45,537 nt of DNA from the NCBI RefSeq assembly GCF_006345805.1, contig NW_021834920.1, positions 1 through 45,537 of the forward strand, read 5' to 3'. The notes beneath the pieces are model-generated. The model saw only the letters and a program-made list of their open reading frames with translations, did no database searches and was not told where the DNA came from. Position 1 is the first letter of the stretch, and every line of letters begins with the position of its first letter. The stretch comes from Octopus sinensis (taxonomy: Eukaryota). Of this stretch, positions 1 to 12,374 are shown in pieces. The position numbers and the translations under genes are program-made.

Positions 1-51
1 GGAACATACTGAATGGGAAACGGGATGTTTGGGGCTCTTAGACTGAATATA

Positions 52-495
<444 letters not shown>

Positions 496-787
496 ATGTG
501 TCTGTATTCGTAATTCACAAAATTGTTTATTTTCTTTCTAAATCTGTTACATTACTAAAAAAAGAAACATAATTGTCCCCACTGTGTGCAAATTAAACCT
601 GCCTTTCTTTAACAATCTTGTAAAAACATGGCTGCCACCAAAATATTTTGGTAAACATGTTTACTACAATACGTTTACTATTCAGCAAAAAATAATTTAA
701 CTCGTAAACAATACGTTCTGTTGATTAAGTACAGAAGTTCCTTTATTCATCAACACGGGATTTTTATCAATATTTGCTGTTGTTATC

Positions 788-845
788 ACACACACACACA
801 TACACATATATGTATGTATATATATATATATATAATAATTATATA

Positions 846-886
<41 letters not shown>
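788..886. repeat. (CA)n/(TA)n microsatellite
   Basis: Direct reading. Confidence 0.9.
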
Positions 887-888
<2 letters not shown>

Positions 889-951
889 GCGTTAATGTCG
901 AACGATGAAATGTGCGCTCAACAACGCATTGGTAAACAGAATTTCTTTATT

Positions 952-1210
952 TGTGAATTTAGGCTACCACCTGGTTTTATGTTAGAAAAATAGAAAATTA
1001 TCTTAATATCTAACAATTCTTGATGTCAGTCGCATGGAGGAATGGTGTTCGCCTCCATTTCGGATTAAAACGAATTCAACGAGACTTTGTGTTTTAATCC
1101 AAAATGGAAGCGATGCCATTCCGCCATGGGATCGGCTTGAAAAATTGTTAAGATATTAAGATATTTTTCTATTTTTCTAAACATGAAACCAACGGTAGCA
1201 TTAATTCACA
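952..1210. mobile_element. Imperfect ~260-bp palindrome, MITE/foldback-like element
   Basis: Left arm TGTGAATTTAGGCTACC...ATCTTAATATCTAACAATT...GGATTAAAAC is the reverse complement, with mismatches, of right arm GTTTTAATCC...AATTGTTAAGATATTAAGAT...GGTAGCATTAATTCACA. Centre near 1080. No ORF. Confidence 0.7.
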
Positions 1211-1262
1211 CACACACACATACACACACACACACACTAAACATATCGTTGATGTATATATA

Positions 1263-2475
1263 CAGTAGTGGGTATAATATAAGGGCCAGTAAGAAACAGT
1301 ATGTTGAAATAGTTATTATAGAAGATTAGCAACACGTTCAAACTAGATATTTTACACATATTTTAATATATCTAATACCTATCTTTCGTGAAAATATCAA
1401 GTGAATGGAATAAACATTTCGTATGTTATGAAGAAATAAGCGAATAATCTTCCAAACCGTAACGGCAAAAGTTAAGAGTCACTTTTGAAAAATGGAACAA
1501 GAACAAAAAGGGAACCCTTATTATTAATATGTTGTGAGTATCCCTTTACTATCAATCACCTCCCGACATCGGTTACCACAGGACTGAATTAATTTCTTTC
1601 AAAATGATGGAGTAATATTGTTGCATTCGTTTTTCAATAATTCCCAGAGTTCATCTTAGTTCTTTGAATTTCTCCTTCGCACCCCATCGCCAATAATCTT
1701 CCAAATGTTTTCAATAGGGTTTAGATTGGGTCTTTGAGGTGGCCAGTTCATGAGAGCAACCTCTTCATCACTTAAAGGGGTTTGATCTCATGATCAACAT
1801 ATTCGTGAGTGAAACGAAGGCGGGCTCTTTGATTCTTCTTGCAGATCAGAGGTTTCTTTGCTGGTGCCCGAGCAAGCAACCCAGAACCTCGTAACCTCCG
1901 AGAAACTGTTTTGCGCGATACGTTGACATCGGAAGTGGAGCTAAACTCGCGGGATATCTCAGCAGCACTCTTAAACCAATCCCTCAGTGACATTCTAACT
2001 ATAATACGATCCTGTGTTGTTGAAGTTTCACGAGGTCTACCGGTTTGGGGTTTAGTATTTATCAACCCTGATGACTTAAAACGAGCTACAATTCCTTGCA
2101 CAACACTTCTAGACCTTCCTACAGTAGTTGCTATCACAGAATTTGACTTTCCCTCTTGGTGAAGGCACACAATCTTTTGTTTTTCATCACAGGACACCGG
2201 TCGGCTCTCACAAGCCGACATGTTGACAGCTGAATATTCCAATAATGTAAGATCATAAGAAGTAACTGCTAACCCATTAACAGTCTTCTAAACAACAAAT
2301 ACATCGGTTAATAGTTCATTTTTTTTTTCTAAGTGACCCTTAACTTCTGACCGCTGAAGTTTGGAGGATTATTTGATTATTTCCCTCATAACTTATGAAA
2401 TATTAATTGCATTCACTTGAAATTTTCACGAAAGATAGATATTGAATATATCTAAATATGTATAAAATATCTAGT
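1263..2475 (-). mobile_element. Decayed Tc1-like DNA transposon with long inverted repeats (probable IR/DR type)
   Basis: 1342-1500 aligns with the reverse complement of 2312-2475. TA|CAGTAGTGG... at 1261-1290 resembles the inner repeat AAAGTTAAGAGTCACTT (1468-1484). Transposase remnant lies between. Confidence 0.8.
1524..2242 (-). pseudogene. Tc1/mariner transposase pseudogene, most of the DDE core deleted
   Basis: ORF 1772..2242 has the paired-like HTH, GRPR and second HTH (VSRKTVSRRLR...KKPLI). It is followed out of frame by NWPPQRPNLNPIENIW (Tc1 WPxxSPDLNPIENxW motif) and REVIDSKGILTTY-stop (Tc1 C-terminus). The first two catalytic Asp regions are not visible. Confidence 0.9.
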
Positions 2476-2562
2476 CAACAAAGTTTGCTTTAGAAGGGTT
2501 GAAATGTATTGAAAGATACCATTAAGTTAAACTGCCCGAACGACAAAATTGCACATTTAGGG

Positions 2563-2948
<386 letters not shown>

Positions 2949-2958
2949 CTGTCGTTCG

Positions 2959-3030
2959 GGCAGTTTAGCTTAATGGTAAAGCACTTGACGCGTAATCACG
3001 GGGATGTGAGTTCGAGTCTCATGGCTGGCC
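2959..3030 (+). pseudogene. tRNA-Thr(CGT)-like pseudogene or isolated SINE head
   Basis: Cloverleaf folds: acceptor GGCAGTT/GGCTGGC (one mismatch), D arm TAGCTTAATGGTAAAGC, anticodon arm CTTGA-CGCGTAA-TCACG (non-canonical loop base, stem mismatch), T arm GTGAG-TTCGAGT-CTCAT. Confidence 0.65.
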
Positions 3031-4097
3031 GTTGATAGACTTTTCTATAAAACATAGTTTATCCTATTCATGCTATATTATTAGCATTATCCCGCGTTTG
3101 AGAATAAAATTATTTCCTTATCTGTGTGCATATCTCTCTCTCTCTCTCTCTGTATATATATATGAACACTAAATATTTCGTTTTTTTATTTAGTTTGCAA
3201 GATTCTATAAAAGAACTCATGTGCTGAAAAATATTTTGCTTTTTATCTCGAGAAGTACATTATGCCAATAATAAACACACACACAGTTTCTATTTCACTT
3301 CTTTGTTTTTATTAATCAATTTGGTTAATCATTTACCCATTGGACTAATCAATTGTTTGATGAGCCATTTGGTCAAGTAATCAATCAGCCAGATTTGTTG
3401 ATTGATTAACTGAGTGGTTAATTAATCAATTATACAACTGGTTAAATGATTAAGTAATTACCGATTAAAATGTTTTTCTGCAGTTAGCACAGAGCCTAAC
3501 ATTTTGAGATGCAGTTAGTATTTATTTTATCGACCTGGAAAGCATAAAAGGTAAAAACCGTCCCCGACGGTATTTAAACTCAGAAGAGTCGTTCAAATAA
3601 TATTTGAACGACATTTCTTCAATGTCGGAGGAAATATCAAACGTTTTCTCCAGCTCGCCGCCTTAAAATGACTAATAAGTACAGAAGTAAAATAGAAACG
3701 TTGTGTGTGTTTACTAGTGTCATAATGACCCGCCCAAGATACACGACACTTAATAGCTTTGTACCAAACACTATGAGTGATTAAAAGGACTTTTCTGGGC
3801 GCAAATATCACAAAGTATTTCTTTTGATGCTCTACTGGTTCTACCATATCACTGATAATAAGAAGAATGGTTGAAACATTCTTCATTAAAAGAGATAATA
3901 AAAATCAGTCTACTAATGTGGTTTACAGGGTCTATAAAATTAAGGAAGAATGATTAGATACAGTGATGACACCTTTGAGGGAATAAATATCACAAAGTAT
4001 CTCTTCCGATGCTCTACCGGTTCCGTTAAGAGGAGCGGCTGAGGAATTTTTTGCTAAAAGATATGTTCAGAGTCAGTTTATTAATATTGTTCACACT

Positions 4098-4263
4098 GGC
4101 GCAGGCGTGGCTGTGTGGTGAGAAGCTTGCTTCCCTACCACACGGTTCCGGATTCAGTCCCACTGTATGGCACCGTGGGCAAGTATCTTCTACTATAGCC
4201 ACGGGCCGAACAAAATGCCTTGTGGGTGGATCTGATAGACAGAAACTGAAAGAACCACGCTTT

Positions 4264-4302
<39 letters not shown>

Positions 4303-4593
4303 CAGAGAGAGAGAGAGAGAGAGCGTGTGTGTGTGAAAGAGAGTGTGTGTGTGCGTGAGTGTGTGTGTGTGTGTGTGAGTGCGTGTGCGTGTGTCTTTGT
4401 TTGTCCCCCTCCTATCACTTGACAACCAGTGCTGGTGTATTTATGTGTCGGTAGCGTAGCGGTTCAGCAAAAGGGACCGATAGAATAAGTACAAGGCTTT
4501 AAAAGTAAGTACTGGGGGTCGATACATTTGACTAAAAGTTCATTAAGGCGGTGCTCCAGCATGGCTGCAGTCTAGTGACTGAAACAAGTAAAA
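4098..4593 (+). mobile_element. tRNA-derived SINE, family A (CORE-like centre), with internal GATA/GA/GT microsatellite
   Basis: Head GGCGTGGCTGTGTGG...GGATTCAGTCCC, centre GTGGGCAAGTATCTTCTACTATAGCC, tail CCAGCATGGCTGCAGTC...GACTGAAACAAGTAAAA. Matches copies at 16325, 17175, 32583, 36862. Confidence 0.9.
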
Positions 4594-4733
4594 TATATAT
4601 CATAGGTGCAGGTATAGTTGTGTAGTAAGAAGCTTGCTTCCGGTAAAGCGTTTGTCAGTTGGATTGTTGGTTTTGTGAATAACACACGTGTTTTTTGGTT
4701 GACTTGGCGGTGCGACGTTTTCTCTTAAGTTTA

Positions 4734-6170
4734 ATGGAGGAGCGTCGTGTGATAAGTTGTGAAGGTGTGAATTATTCAGACTATGTGAACTATCCTTCTT
4801 CAGACTTTCTGTCGTCTGAGGAAGAATTAGTGAGGTGTTTGGATATAATTGACGAAAAAAATTGAGACGAAGAATTACGCAGAGGCGACGAACGAAAAAA
4901 AAACTGAGGAAGTGTGTCTGGAAGAATTGGGTAAATTCAAAGAACTGTTTAAAAGTGGGGGGACGAAGTAATGGTGTTCCTTCCCATAGAAGTTTTAAAG
5001 GAAAAACAAGAGAGAACAATTATTTACAGGACGTACTCAGTAGCAACCAGGAGAATGGAAGTCATGTCGACGGCGCGAGTGGAAAAGACACTTAGACCAA
5101 TCTGGCAAAGGATTTCCTACTTTGCCAGAGGAAAAAAGTGTGGAACAGTGGAGGTGCAGTTACAGGAGGTAGCTACCGCCAGGCTGCACTCAGCTACACC
5201 GTTGAAAACAGATGAAGTGGTGCTTCTACCTGTATACCTTGGGAGACGTGCTTCCTGGGTTAGGGTAGAGGACACACCCCCAGAAGTGGATGTAGCCTGG
5301 CTGGTAGCTGCCATACTGCTAGGCATGGAGGAGAAGATGGTTGTCCTCCAGGCCACCAGGACACCCCACAGAAACTGGAAAGGACAAAGCCACGATATGG
5401 TGGTACAAGTTGTTGTGGAAGATATAGAAAATATGGTAGAGACTATCACGGACGGAGATGCAATACTGAAAATCAGAGTGGAAGGAAGGATTCCGTGGTG
5501 CTATAAATGTGACCTGAAAGGCCATATTAGAGCGGATTGTCCTCCACCACTTGAGAAGGCTAAAGAGAGACAAGAGAGTGAGAAAGTGGCTGGTGCTCCA
5601 CTATCCGTGGAGGTTGAGGAATAGGAGAGTGAAGCGGCACCACAGATAAAGACCAGTACCAGCGTCGAAGAAGAGATGGACAACGAATGGGAAACAGCTG
5701 GGGGAAAGAGAAAGAGAAAAAAGGCACACGCTGTAAAGGACGACCTCCATCCTACATCCACCTAGCTCCCACCCACACCCACTCTACCCCAACTACTCCC
5801 TACAGACACCAGTCCTATCCATGCCCTACCTGACGTAAACAGAAGCAGAAACACACAGGAGCCCCAAATTTTCCCACCCTTGCCCTTGGAAAAATATGTT
5901 ATAATATAGTGGAGACAAGAAGTGTATAACGAAATACACTCGTAGGACAGTGTTACAAAATTGGACGTATCTGGAGTAAAAGGGATGCCCGAGTACCTTC
6001 GTTGTGTAATGACAGACCCAGCATACATATCAAGATTAAAGGACTTTGAAGAAAACCACGATTATGAGTTCTGGGTCAAGAAATTGGACACCAGCTCAAT
6101 GCCTAAGCAAGTAAGTGTTTATATTTTAAAGAAGCACAATGTAGATATCCTTCGGAGGAATGGTAATTAG
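4734..6170 (+). pseudogene. LINE ORF1-like (RRM-like + CCHC knuckle) pseudogene, no ORF2 downstream
   Basis: Reconstructed from ATG 4734 through frameshifts in an A run (~4855) and a G run (~4957) into ORF 4971..5624 (RGKKCGTVEV...VEGRIPWCYKCDLKGHIRADCP). Continues in frame through nonsense codons to ORF 5961..6170. Homologous to the 22313 and 24107 proteins. Confidence 0.85.
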
Positions 6171-6207
6171 CTGTCGCTAACAATTGTTATAAACCAGTGT
6201 TTTAATA

Positions 6208-6568
6208 ATGGAAGCACTCCGTCGGTTACGACGATGAGGGTTCCGGTTGATCCGAATCAACGGAACAGCCTGCTCGTGAAATTAACGTGTAAGTGGCTGA
6301 GCACTCCACAGACACGTGTACCCTTAACGTAGTTCTCGGGGATATTCAGCGGGACACAGAGAGTGACAAGGCCGGCCCTTTGAAATACAGGTACAACAGA
6401 AACAGAAAGAAAGAGTGAGAGAGAAAGTTGTGGTGAAAGAGTACAGCAGGGATCACCACCATCCCCTGCCGGAGCCTCGTGGAGCTTTAGGTGTTTTCGC
6501 TCAATAAACACTCACAACGCCCGGTCTGGGAATCGAAACCGCGATCCTATGACCGCGAGTCTGCTGCC
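6208..6568 (-). mobile_element. tRNA-derived SINE, family C (head truncated)
   Basis: Near copy of 39290-39658. B-box GGTTTCGATTCCC on the minus strand, tail GAACCCTCATCGTCGTAACCGACGGAGTGCTTCC. Confidence 0.9.
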
Positions 6569-6778
6569 TCTGATATAAGAAAGCAATTTCATTATAACTG
6601 CCACAAAAGGTGTATTTTCCGCCATGAAAAAGTACAAAAAACTATCAGCTGGAGGAGGGAGAGATTGTTGGGAAGTTGGCAAGAGAGATTTTCGGAGGTC
6701 GGCGAGAAAGATTGTTGGAGGTCGGTGAGAGAGGTTGTCGGGGGTTGATGAGAGGCAAAGTCATTATTCTGCTGTCAT

Positions 6779-7450
6779 TTACAGAAAAACTATTGTTTTA
6801 CCGTAAGGAAAGCGCTGTTTAATATCTGCTGGTGTGGCCTGGAGTGTTGCTCTTACGCCCCTGCCACACCAGTTCTGGATACATTTTTCTTCCAACTCCA
6901 ATAGTGCCACCTCTTCTTTTATGTTGGCGAAGGTCGCAGCCAGGAGCCACATCGGTTTGATTACCGGGTCGAACCTGTTTATCATTATTTCCGTCGTTCT
7001 TTTGCCGAGCTATGATGGCAAAAGATCTAATCCACTCGTATGCAGGGTGGTCGCCGAGTCTATTTTGGCATCGCTCTCAGTCACAAACTGCGCCTCCACC
7101 GTTCCAAACCTTCTTCCGCCCTTAACGTACGCCAATTTATACATATTAGGCTTTAATGCCTTTTCCATTGACGCTCTCTCTATTTTGCTAGTCTTCAAAG
7201 ATAGCGTCCTATAAACATTTGTTCTTCTCTTAATTCCTTCCATCACCTCCTTGGGGGGACTTAGCCTCACGCTGTCTTCCTCCCCTTGAAGAAATGACCA
7301 GAACTTCTTGACTGCCTCAGGCTTGATGTTGTAATATTTCATCCATCTTAGTGCCGCGGCCGCATAATCATCCGTGCTTTCTACGGAATAACTTGCGTAG
7401 TCCGCCTCATCCTCGCTCTCCCAGAGCTCGTAAAATGTATCGTCATCCAT
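6779..7450 (-). pseudogene. Third LINE ORF1-like subfamily, nonsense-interrupted, knuckle region missing
   Basis: ORFs 7010..7450 and 6779..6985 are in one frame joined by LLPS*LGKR (TAG where the relatives have Tyr in PSYKGRR/PVYLGRR). Shares EDSVRLSPP, GRRFGTVE and NWCGRGV motifs with the other ORF1s. Confidence 0.8.
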
Positions 7451-7627
7451 TTTGTGTAGGACACCCTACACAAAATATAAACGCTTCACCTCCAAACGGG
7501 GGAAAACCAGCCTGTGAAAGCTAACAATGTGTTTCGCTTGTTGGGAGTGCGTGTGCGAGCTCATACTGCCCATTTCCACTAGTACTTCAAGCCAGCACAT
7601 TATTCGTACAATGGTGCGAGGGTCTAT

Positions 7628-7711
7628 TGTGTGTATATATATATCTGTATGTATGCCTGTATGTATGTATATATATATGTATATATACATATATATCTGT
7701 ATGTATTTATT

Positions 7712-7743
<32 letters not shown>

Positions 7744-7803
7744 CATATATATCTGTATGTATGTAAATATATATGTATATATACATATATATGTATATAT
7801 ATC

Positions 7804-7834
<31 letters not shown>

Positions 7835-7881
7835 ATATATATGTATATATATATGTATATATGTATATATATATGTATATA

Positions 7882-7914
<33 letters not shown>

Positions 7915-8134
7915 ATATATATATATATGTATATATATGTATATATGTATATATATATATGTATATATATATATATGTATATATGTATATATATATATGT
8001 ATATATATATATGTATATATGTATATATATATGTATATATGTATGTATATATATATATAATATATGCATATATATGTAATATATGTATATATATAATATA
8101 TGTATATATATAATATATATATGTATATAATATA

Positions 8135-8175
<41 letters not shown>

Positions 8176-8268
8176 TATAATATATGTATATATATGTAAT
8201 ATATGTATATATATAATATATATATATATATATGTATATGATATATATAAATACACGTGTGTGTGTGT
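7628..8268. repeat. Long (TA)n/(TATG)n microsatellite
   Basis: Direct reading. Source of the Y/I/M/C-rich spurious ORFs. Confidence 0.98.
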
Positions 8269-8530
8269 AAATCTATTCTACTAAATCATTCAAGGTTGGT
8301 ACTCTAGCATAACAGCAGTCCAAATACTGAAACAAGGAAAATATAGAAGATAAGCATGTGGGTATGTGTGGTCTGGTGCTTAGGATTCCACATGGGAAGT
8401 TGTGGTTCAATTCTTGGACGGAAGGAAGTGCTGCGCCCTTCAGCAGAGCGCTTCATTTCACGCTATTTCAGTCTACTCATCTGCAAAATTAATTCCATAT
8501 TTTTGCTGGAACAGAAACATCTGACACCAC

Positions 8531-9040
8531 CTGTGGTTTTGTTGCCACGTTGCACCTCCATCACTTGTTCCATCTCGCAGCTTTCTCCTCTCGCGTCTCA
8601 CAGCAGGCATCTAGCTCTGACAATGCAGACTTCATGCTTTGGATTAAAGAATTGATGCGATTCCTTTCCTAAGCGCCTCTTGTAGGTTTCTAAGTCTCCC
8701 TCTGTTCAATTTTCTCTATCGCCATTAGGTTCCTAAACCTAATCGATTCTAATCTAAACTAGATTTGTGGCAGCTTCACTAATTCACGAATCCGGTCTGT
8801 GTAATCTTTGTGCATCTGGAGTGAAGCATTCAGCTTGCAGTAACCCGCTTCCAGTCTACGACGCTTATCTAGGTCGACCGTGTAGATGACAAATTTGGAT
8901 TACGTGTGACTGAACATTTTGAAATATGGATCACCTATGCTATCATTATCAACTGCCCTACAGAATACTTTATCCAGATACGAACCTAGACGACCTGATG
9001 TGGTTTGCCTATGTCCACATTGGCTTTAGATTAAAATTAT
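8531..9040 (-). mobile_element. L1/Tx1-like ORF2 fragment (end of APE endonuclease plus linker)
   Basis: Minus-strand translation SYLDKVFCRAVD...SKFVIYTVDLDKRRRLEAGYCKLNASL matches the L1-clade xLDR...SDH...GxWKLNxSLL region, followed by FRLESIRF linker. Multiple stops. Confidence 0.75.
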
Positions 9041-9047
9041 TATAAAA

Positions 9048-9429
9048 CTAGCAGTATCGCCCGGCGTTGCTCGGGTTTGTAAGGGAAATAACTATAAAGC
9101 ATTTTTAGAGAGTTATAGCCAAAAAATAGCAAAAAAAAGGGGAAAAAAATTATGGTAAATTTTTTTGAGTTAAAAAGGTCGAGTTGCGTTCCCTAGACAG
9201 TCTGTGGTTTGTGTTTCTGATTCTCGACCCCATGTCGAATTTATCGATTATTTTCAGAACTGGGGGAACTTTTCAAAATTTTCGCTGCGTTAGTTTTGAA
9301 TTATGACATTGGGCTATGTGTGTGTCAAGTTTCCTCAGAATCGGTTGAAAGCCGTGGTCACGGTGAGGGTACAACCTAACAGACACACAGAAACACACAC
9401 AGACAAACTGCCGTTTATATAGAGAGAGA
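9048..9429 (-). mobile_element. Non-autonomous Helitron-like element (382 bp)
   Basis: Minus strand starts TC, ends CTAG, with a subterminal GC hairpin (plus strand GCCCGGCGTTGCTCGGG). Inserted between A and T with no TSD. Empty site TATAAAA|TAAATGCA at 20787/20788 in the paralogous copy. Confidence 0.85.
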
Positions 9430-9529
9430 TAAATGCATCTTGTAATAATTTTTTTAAATAATATATGAATTCCAAATTTTTAAATGATCTTCTGTACTTT
9501 GTGGATAATTATGCCTTAATGATTCAGAC

Positions 9530-9799
9530 GTGGAGGCACATGGCCCAGTGTTAAGAGCAGCGGACTCGCGGTCGAGGGATCGTGGGTTCGAATCTCAGAC
9601 CGGGCGATGTGTGTGTTTATGAGCGAAACACCTAAGCTCCACGCGGCTCCAGCAGAAGGTAATGGCGAACTTCTGCTGACACTTTCGCCACAACTTTCAC
9701 TCTTTCTTCCTGCATCTTGCAGTTCACCTGGGACGGACCGGCATCCCGTCCAGGTGGGGAACCTATACGCCAAGAAAACCGGGAAACCGGCCCTAATGA
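9530..9799 (+). mobile_element. tRNA-derived SINE, family C' (head and body like family C, different tail)
   Basis: A-box TGGCCCAGTG, B-box GGTTCGAATCT, body GGGCGATGTGTGTGTTTATGAGCGAAACACCTAAGCTCCACG, tail AACCGGGAAACCGGCCCTAATGA. Paralogue at 21369. Confidence 0.88.
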
Positions 9800-10656
9800 T
9801 CCAGGCGGGGTTCGAAAAGGAACAAACAATGATACAGATGGACAAACGTTGTAGCAACTCTCCTGGGATTTCGGACTAGATGTGAAGGGATGAAGGAAAA
9901 TATTAAAAGACATTATGTGTCCGGAGTTATATGATTATGCTTGCTTCTGTATTTGGTGATCAATTTTTAAAAAATCATAACTAATAAAAGATAGAAATTA
10001 TATATAACAGTCCCAATTTAATTTTGTAGAAGGAAGAAAAATAGGAGGCTTGAATATTCATTTTTTTTTTCTATGACTACAGCGGACTCATTAGACTGAA
10101 GTTACTTCAGGGCATTAAATAAACAGATGTGACTTCAGATGGAGATTGAAACTAAAACGTCATTCTCAGTTTGTGAATTTAATTAATCTTCTAAACATAC
10201 CTTTCACCACTGAAGAATAAAAGCAAAATAATCCAATTTCATTTGAAAAGTTATCGCGTTCAAATAGCATCTTCGTTGTTCCTTTTCAGATTTAAATTGT
10301 TGGTGCTCCGTACGCAAGAACTTCAACTCCCACTTCTCTGTTCTTTCAGTTTATTAGTTGGTGAAATTATTTCAATATGTGAACCATTCCGTTAAGTTTA
10401 GCCATTTGTAGTTATAGGGGTGTTAAATTGAAAAAAAGAAAATTAAATCAAAATTAATTTATTACCCCCCTCAAAATCACACCCTTCAGTTTGAGACTGT
10501 CTTCGAACATACGATCACCATTGGCTAACATGGAGTAGTATAAGAGTGAGAGTAGGAGGAGAATAAAAATATTACTATTTGTAGCAAGGCCAAGAGCAAA
10601 ACCACCGTCTTGTTTATTGACTCCACTTTGAACGGTACAGAAACAGCGCGACAACA

Positions 10657-10659
10657 ATG
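10657..10659 (+). CDS. Alpha-tubulin paralogue 1, exon 1 coding part (ATG only)
   Basis: ACAACAATG|GTAAAT. Alpha-tubulin genes typically have an intron right after the ATG, and exon 2 begins in phase 0 with AGA GAA TGT (REC). Identical site at 26297. Best candidate found, not proven. Confidence 0.65.
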
Positions 10660-12374
10660 GTAAATTTGCAACGGTTTATTTCTAGTCTGCCTCTCCAAAT
10701 TTATAGGAAATCCAGTTTTGAATATAATAACCTTTATTCACATTTACAAAATATTTTGTGCATATTTATTAGTGAAATTCTTTTCTTGCTTTCGCAATGT
10801 TTATTTAGTTGCTATTATGTTAAACTGTCGTACGTCTAAATTTAGCCAAATACGTTTTATTCAGTATTTATTTTTATTTGCAATAGCCGGTTCTTTTGGT
10901 CGAAATATCAGGATCTCTAGTTGCTTCAGATGGCAAGATATCGAAAATTGTCAAAGTGTAGTACAACGGTTTTCCTGTGGAATGATGAAACTTCTTTTTT
11001 CCTTTTGAAAAAGCAGCGGTTGGGACTTTCGACCCTTTTGCATAATAGCAACAAATATTGAATTTTTAAAATAGAATTTTCATCTAGATTTCAAAGCAAT
11101 ATGTGACAGCCAAAAGTTGCCATGTAACAACATACGACATTACATGAAGAACGAACGTATAGAAAACTCTAAAAGCATTTACATAAAAAAAAACCTCTTT
11201 GATTTTTAGTTAGTATGTCGTTAAGAATTTTTTTAAATTAGTGATTTGATCTAGAGCTACATAACGGCAACCGTGAGAACTTAGAGAAAAACTCTTCAAA
11301 GTTTACAACGAAGGAATATAGACTTATACAATCCCTCTTCATTAGAAAAATTACTCCTCTATTCGCATCCCTTGCTTATAATTAACCCATTAAGAATTTT
11401 TGTATTAGAAAACTGCATTTAATTTTAATTCGGTCTACATTAACCATTTTCTAGTCTTCACAAAATTGTATTTAGAACTATATAAAAAAATATTAAATAC
11501 AATTTTGAATTTAAATTGTTTGTCATAATTTACTATTTTCATTTATTTAATATAGTCTCTATTGAGAAACTGCAATATTTTCTGGGTATGTTTTCCGTGT
11601 CTGCCGTATAGCTTTTACCGTTAACACGTCAGGTCTCTAGACTCATTTTTACGTTTTATCCCAGGGTCCCAATTTGATATCCTAATTTTGACATGAGCGG
11701 CGTAATATTTTTACACTATACTGAGGCAAGGATTGCAGTGTTAGATACCCACCTCCCACCGGAGAGTCGTTTGGTACCCGAGTTCATATCACATCTTAGA
11801 TACCACACCGTGTCAATTAAAAATTTTAGCTCTTCTATTGGAAGATCTCGAAATTCTTTTTTTCAGAAAGAACTATTTTGATTTCCATGGCAAGTAAAAT
11901 ATTTTTTTATTTCTATTGGATAATTTTTTTTTTTTTTTTCAAAAGAATTAGCTATTTTTGTTTGAGACTTTTGTCATTGAATCTTTTTTTTTCATGGTGA
12001 AATCAGAAGAAAAACGAAAAATATAAGTCTATTAAATTCTCTTAGCAAAAGTACAAATCAAAGAAATCGGAACATACCAGCTTTAAGAAAGCCCATGACA
12101 AAGAGAAAAAAAACCCACACCGCTGGTAGGAGTCGCTAACAGCACAGGCAGGACGTCTGGGAGCCAACGTGTTAACGGAACTTCGGTTATCACGCTATCG
12201 AAATATGTAACTTGTAAGTGGTTATTTCGGTGTCTTTTGTGACCAACTTAGGCTCTCTAATTAAGGGGATAAAGTGAGTAATTTTTGATTTCTCGTTATT
12301 TTCTCATCTGTTTGAAATCATTCCATTGTAAGTACTGCGTCATTATGTATTACAACATTATATTTAGGCGTAAA

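Noticed and set aside
1839-2162. 107-aa plus-strand ORF
   Set aside because: Antisense shadow of the Tc1 transposase fragment.
3805-4025. ~45-bp imperfect direct repeat (AAATATCACAAAGTAT.TCTT..GATGCTCTAC.GGTTC) at ~3807 and ~3977
   Set aside because: Only two copies with no spacer regularity; a local duplication, not a CRISPR-like array.
10657-11008. ORFs MVNLQRF... and MNIITF... (also 26297-26702)
   Set aside because: Read-through into tubulin intron 1; the ATG is better explained as the ATG-only first exon.
12100-12225. GC-richer island ending AACTT|GTAAGT in intron 1 as an alternative first exon
   Set aside because: Its only nearby ATG is followed at once by TAA, so it gives no in-frame start for exon 2. 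Cannot be supported without RNA data.
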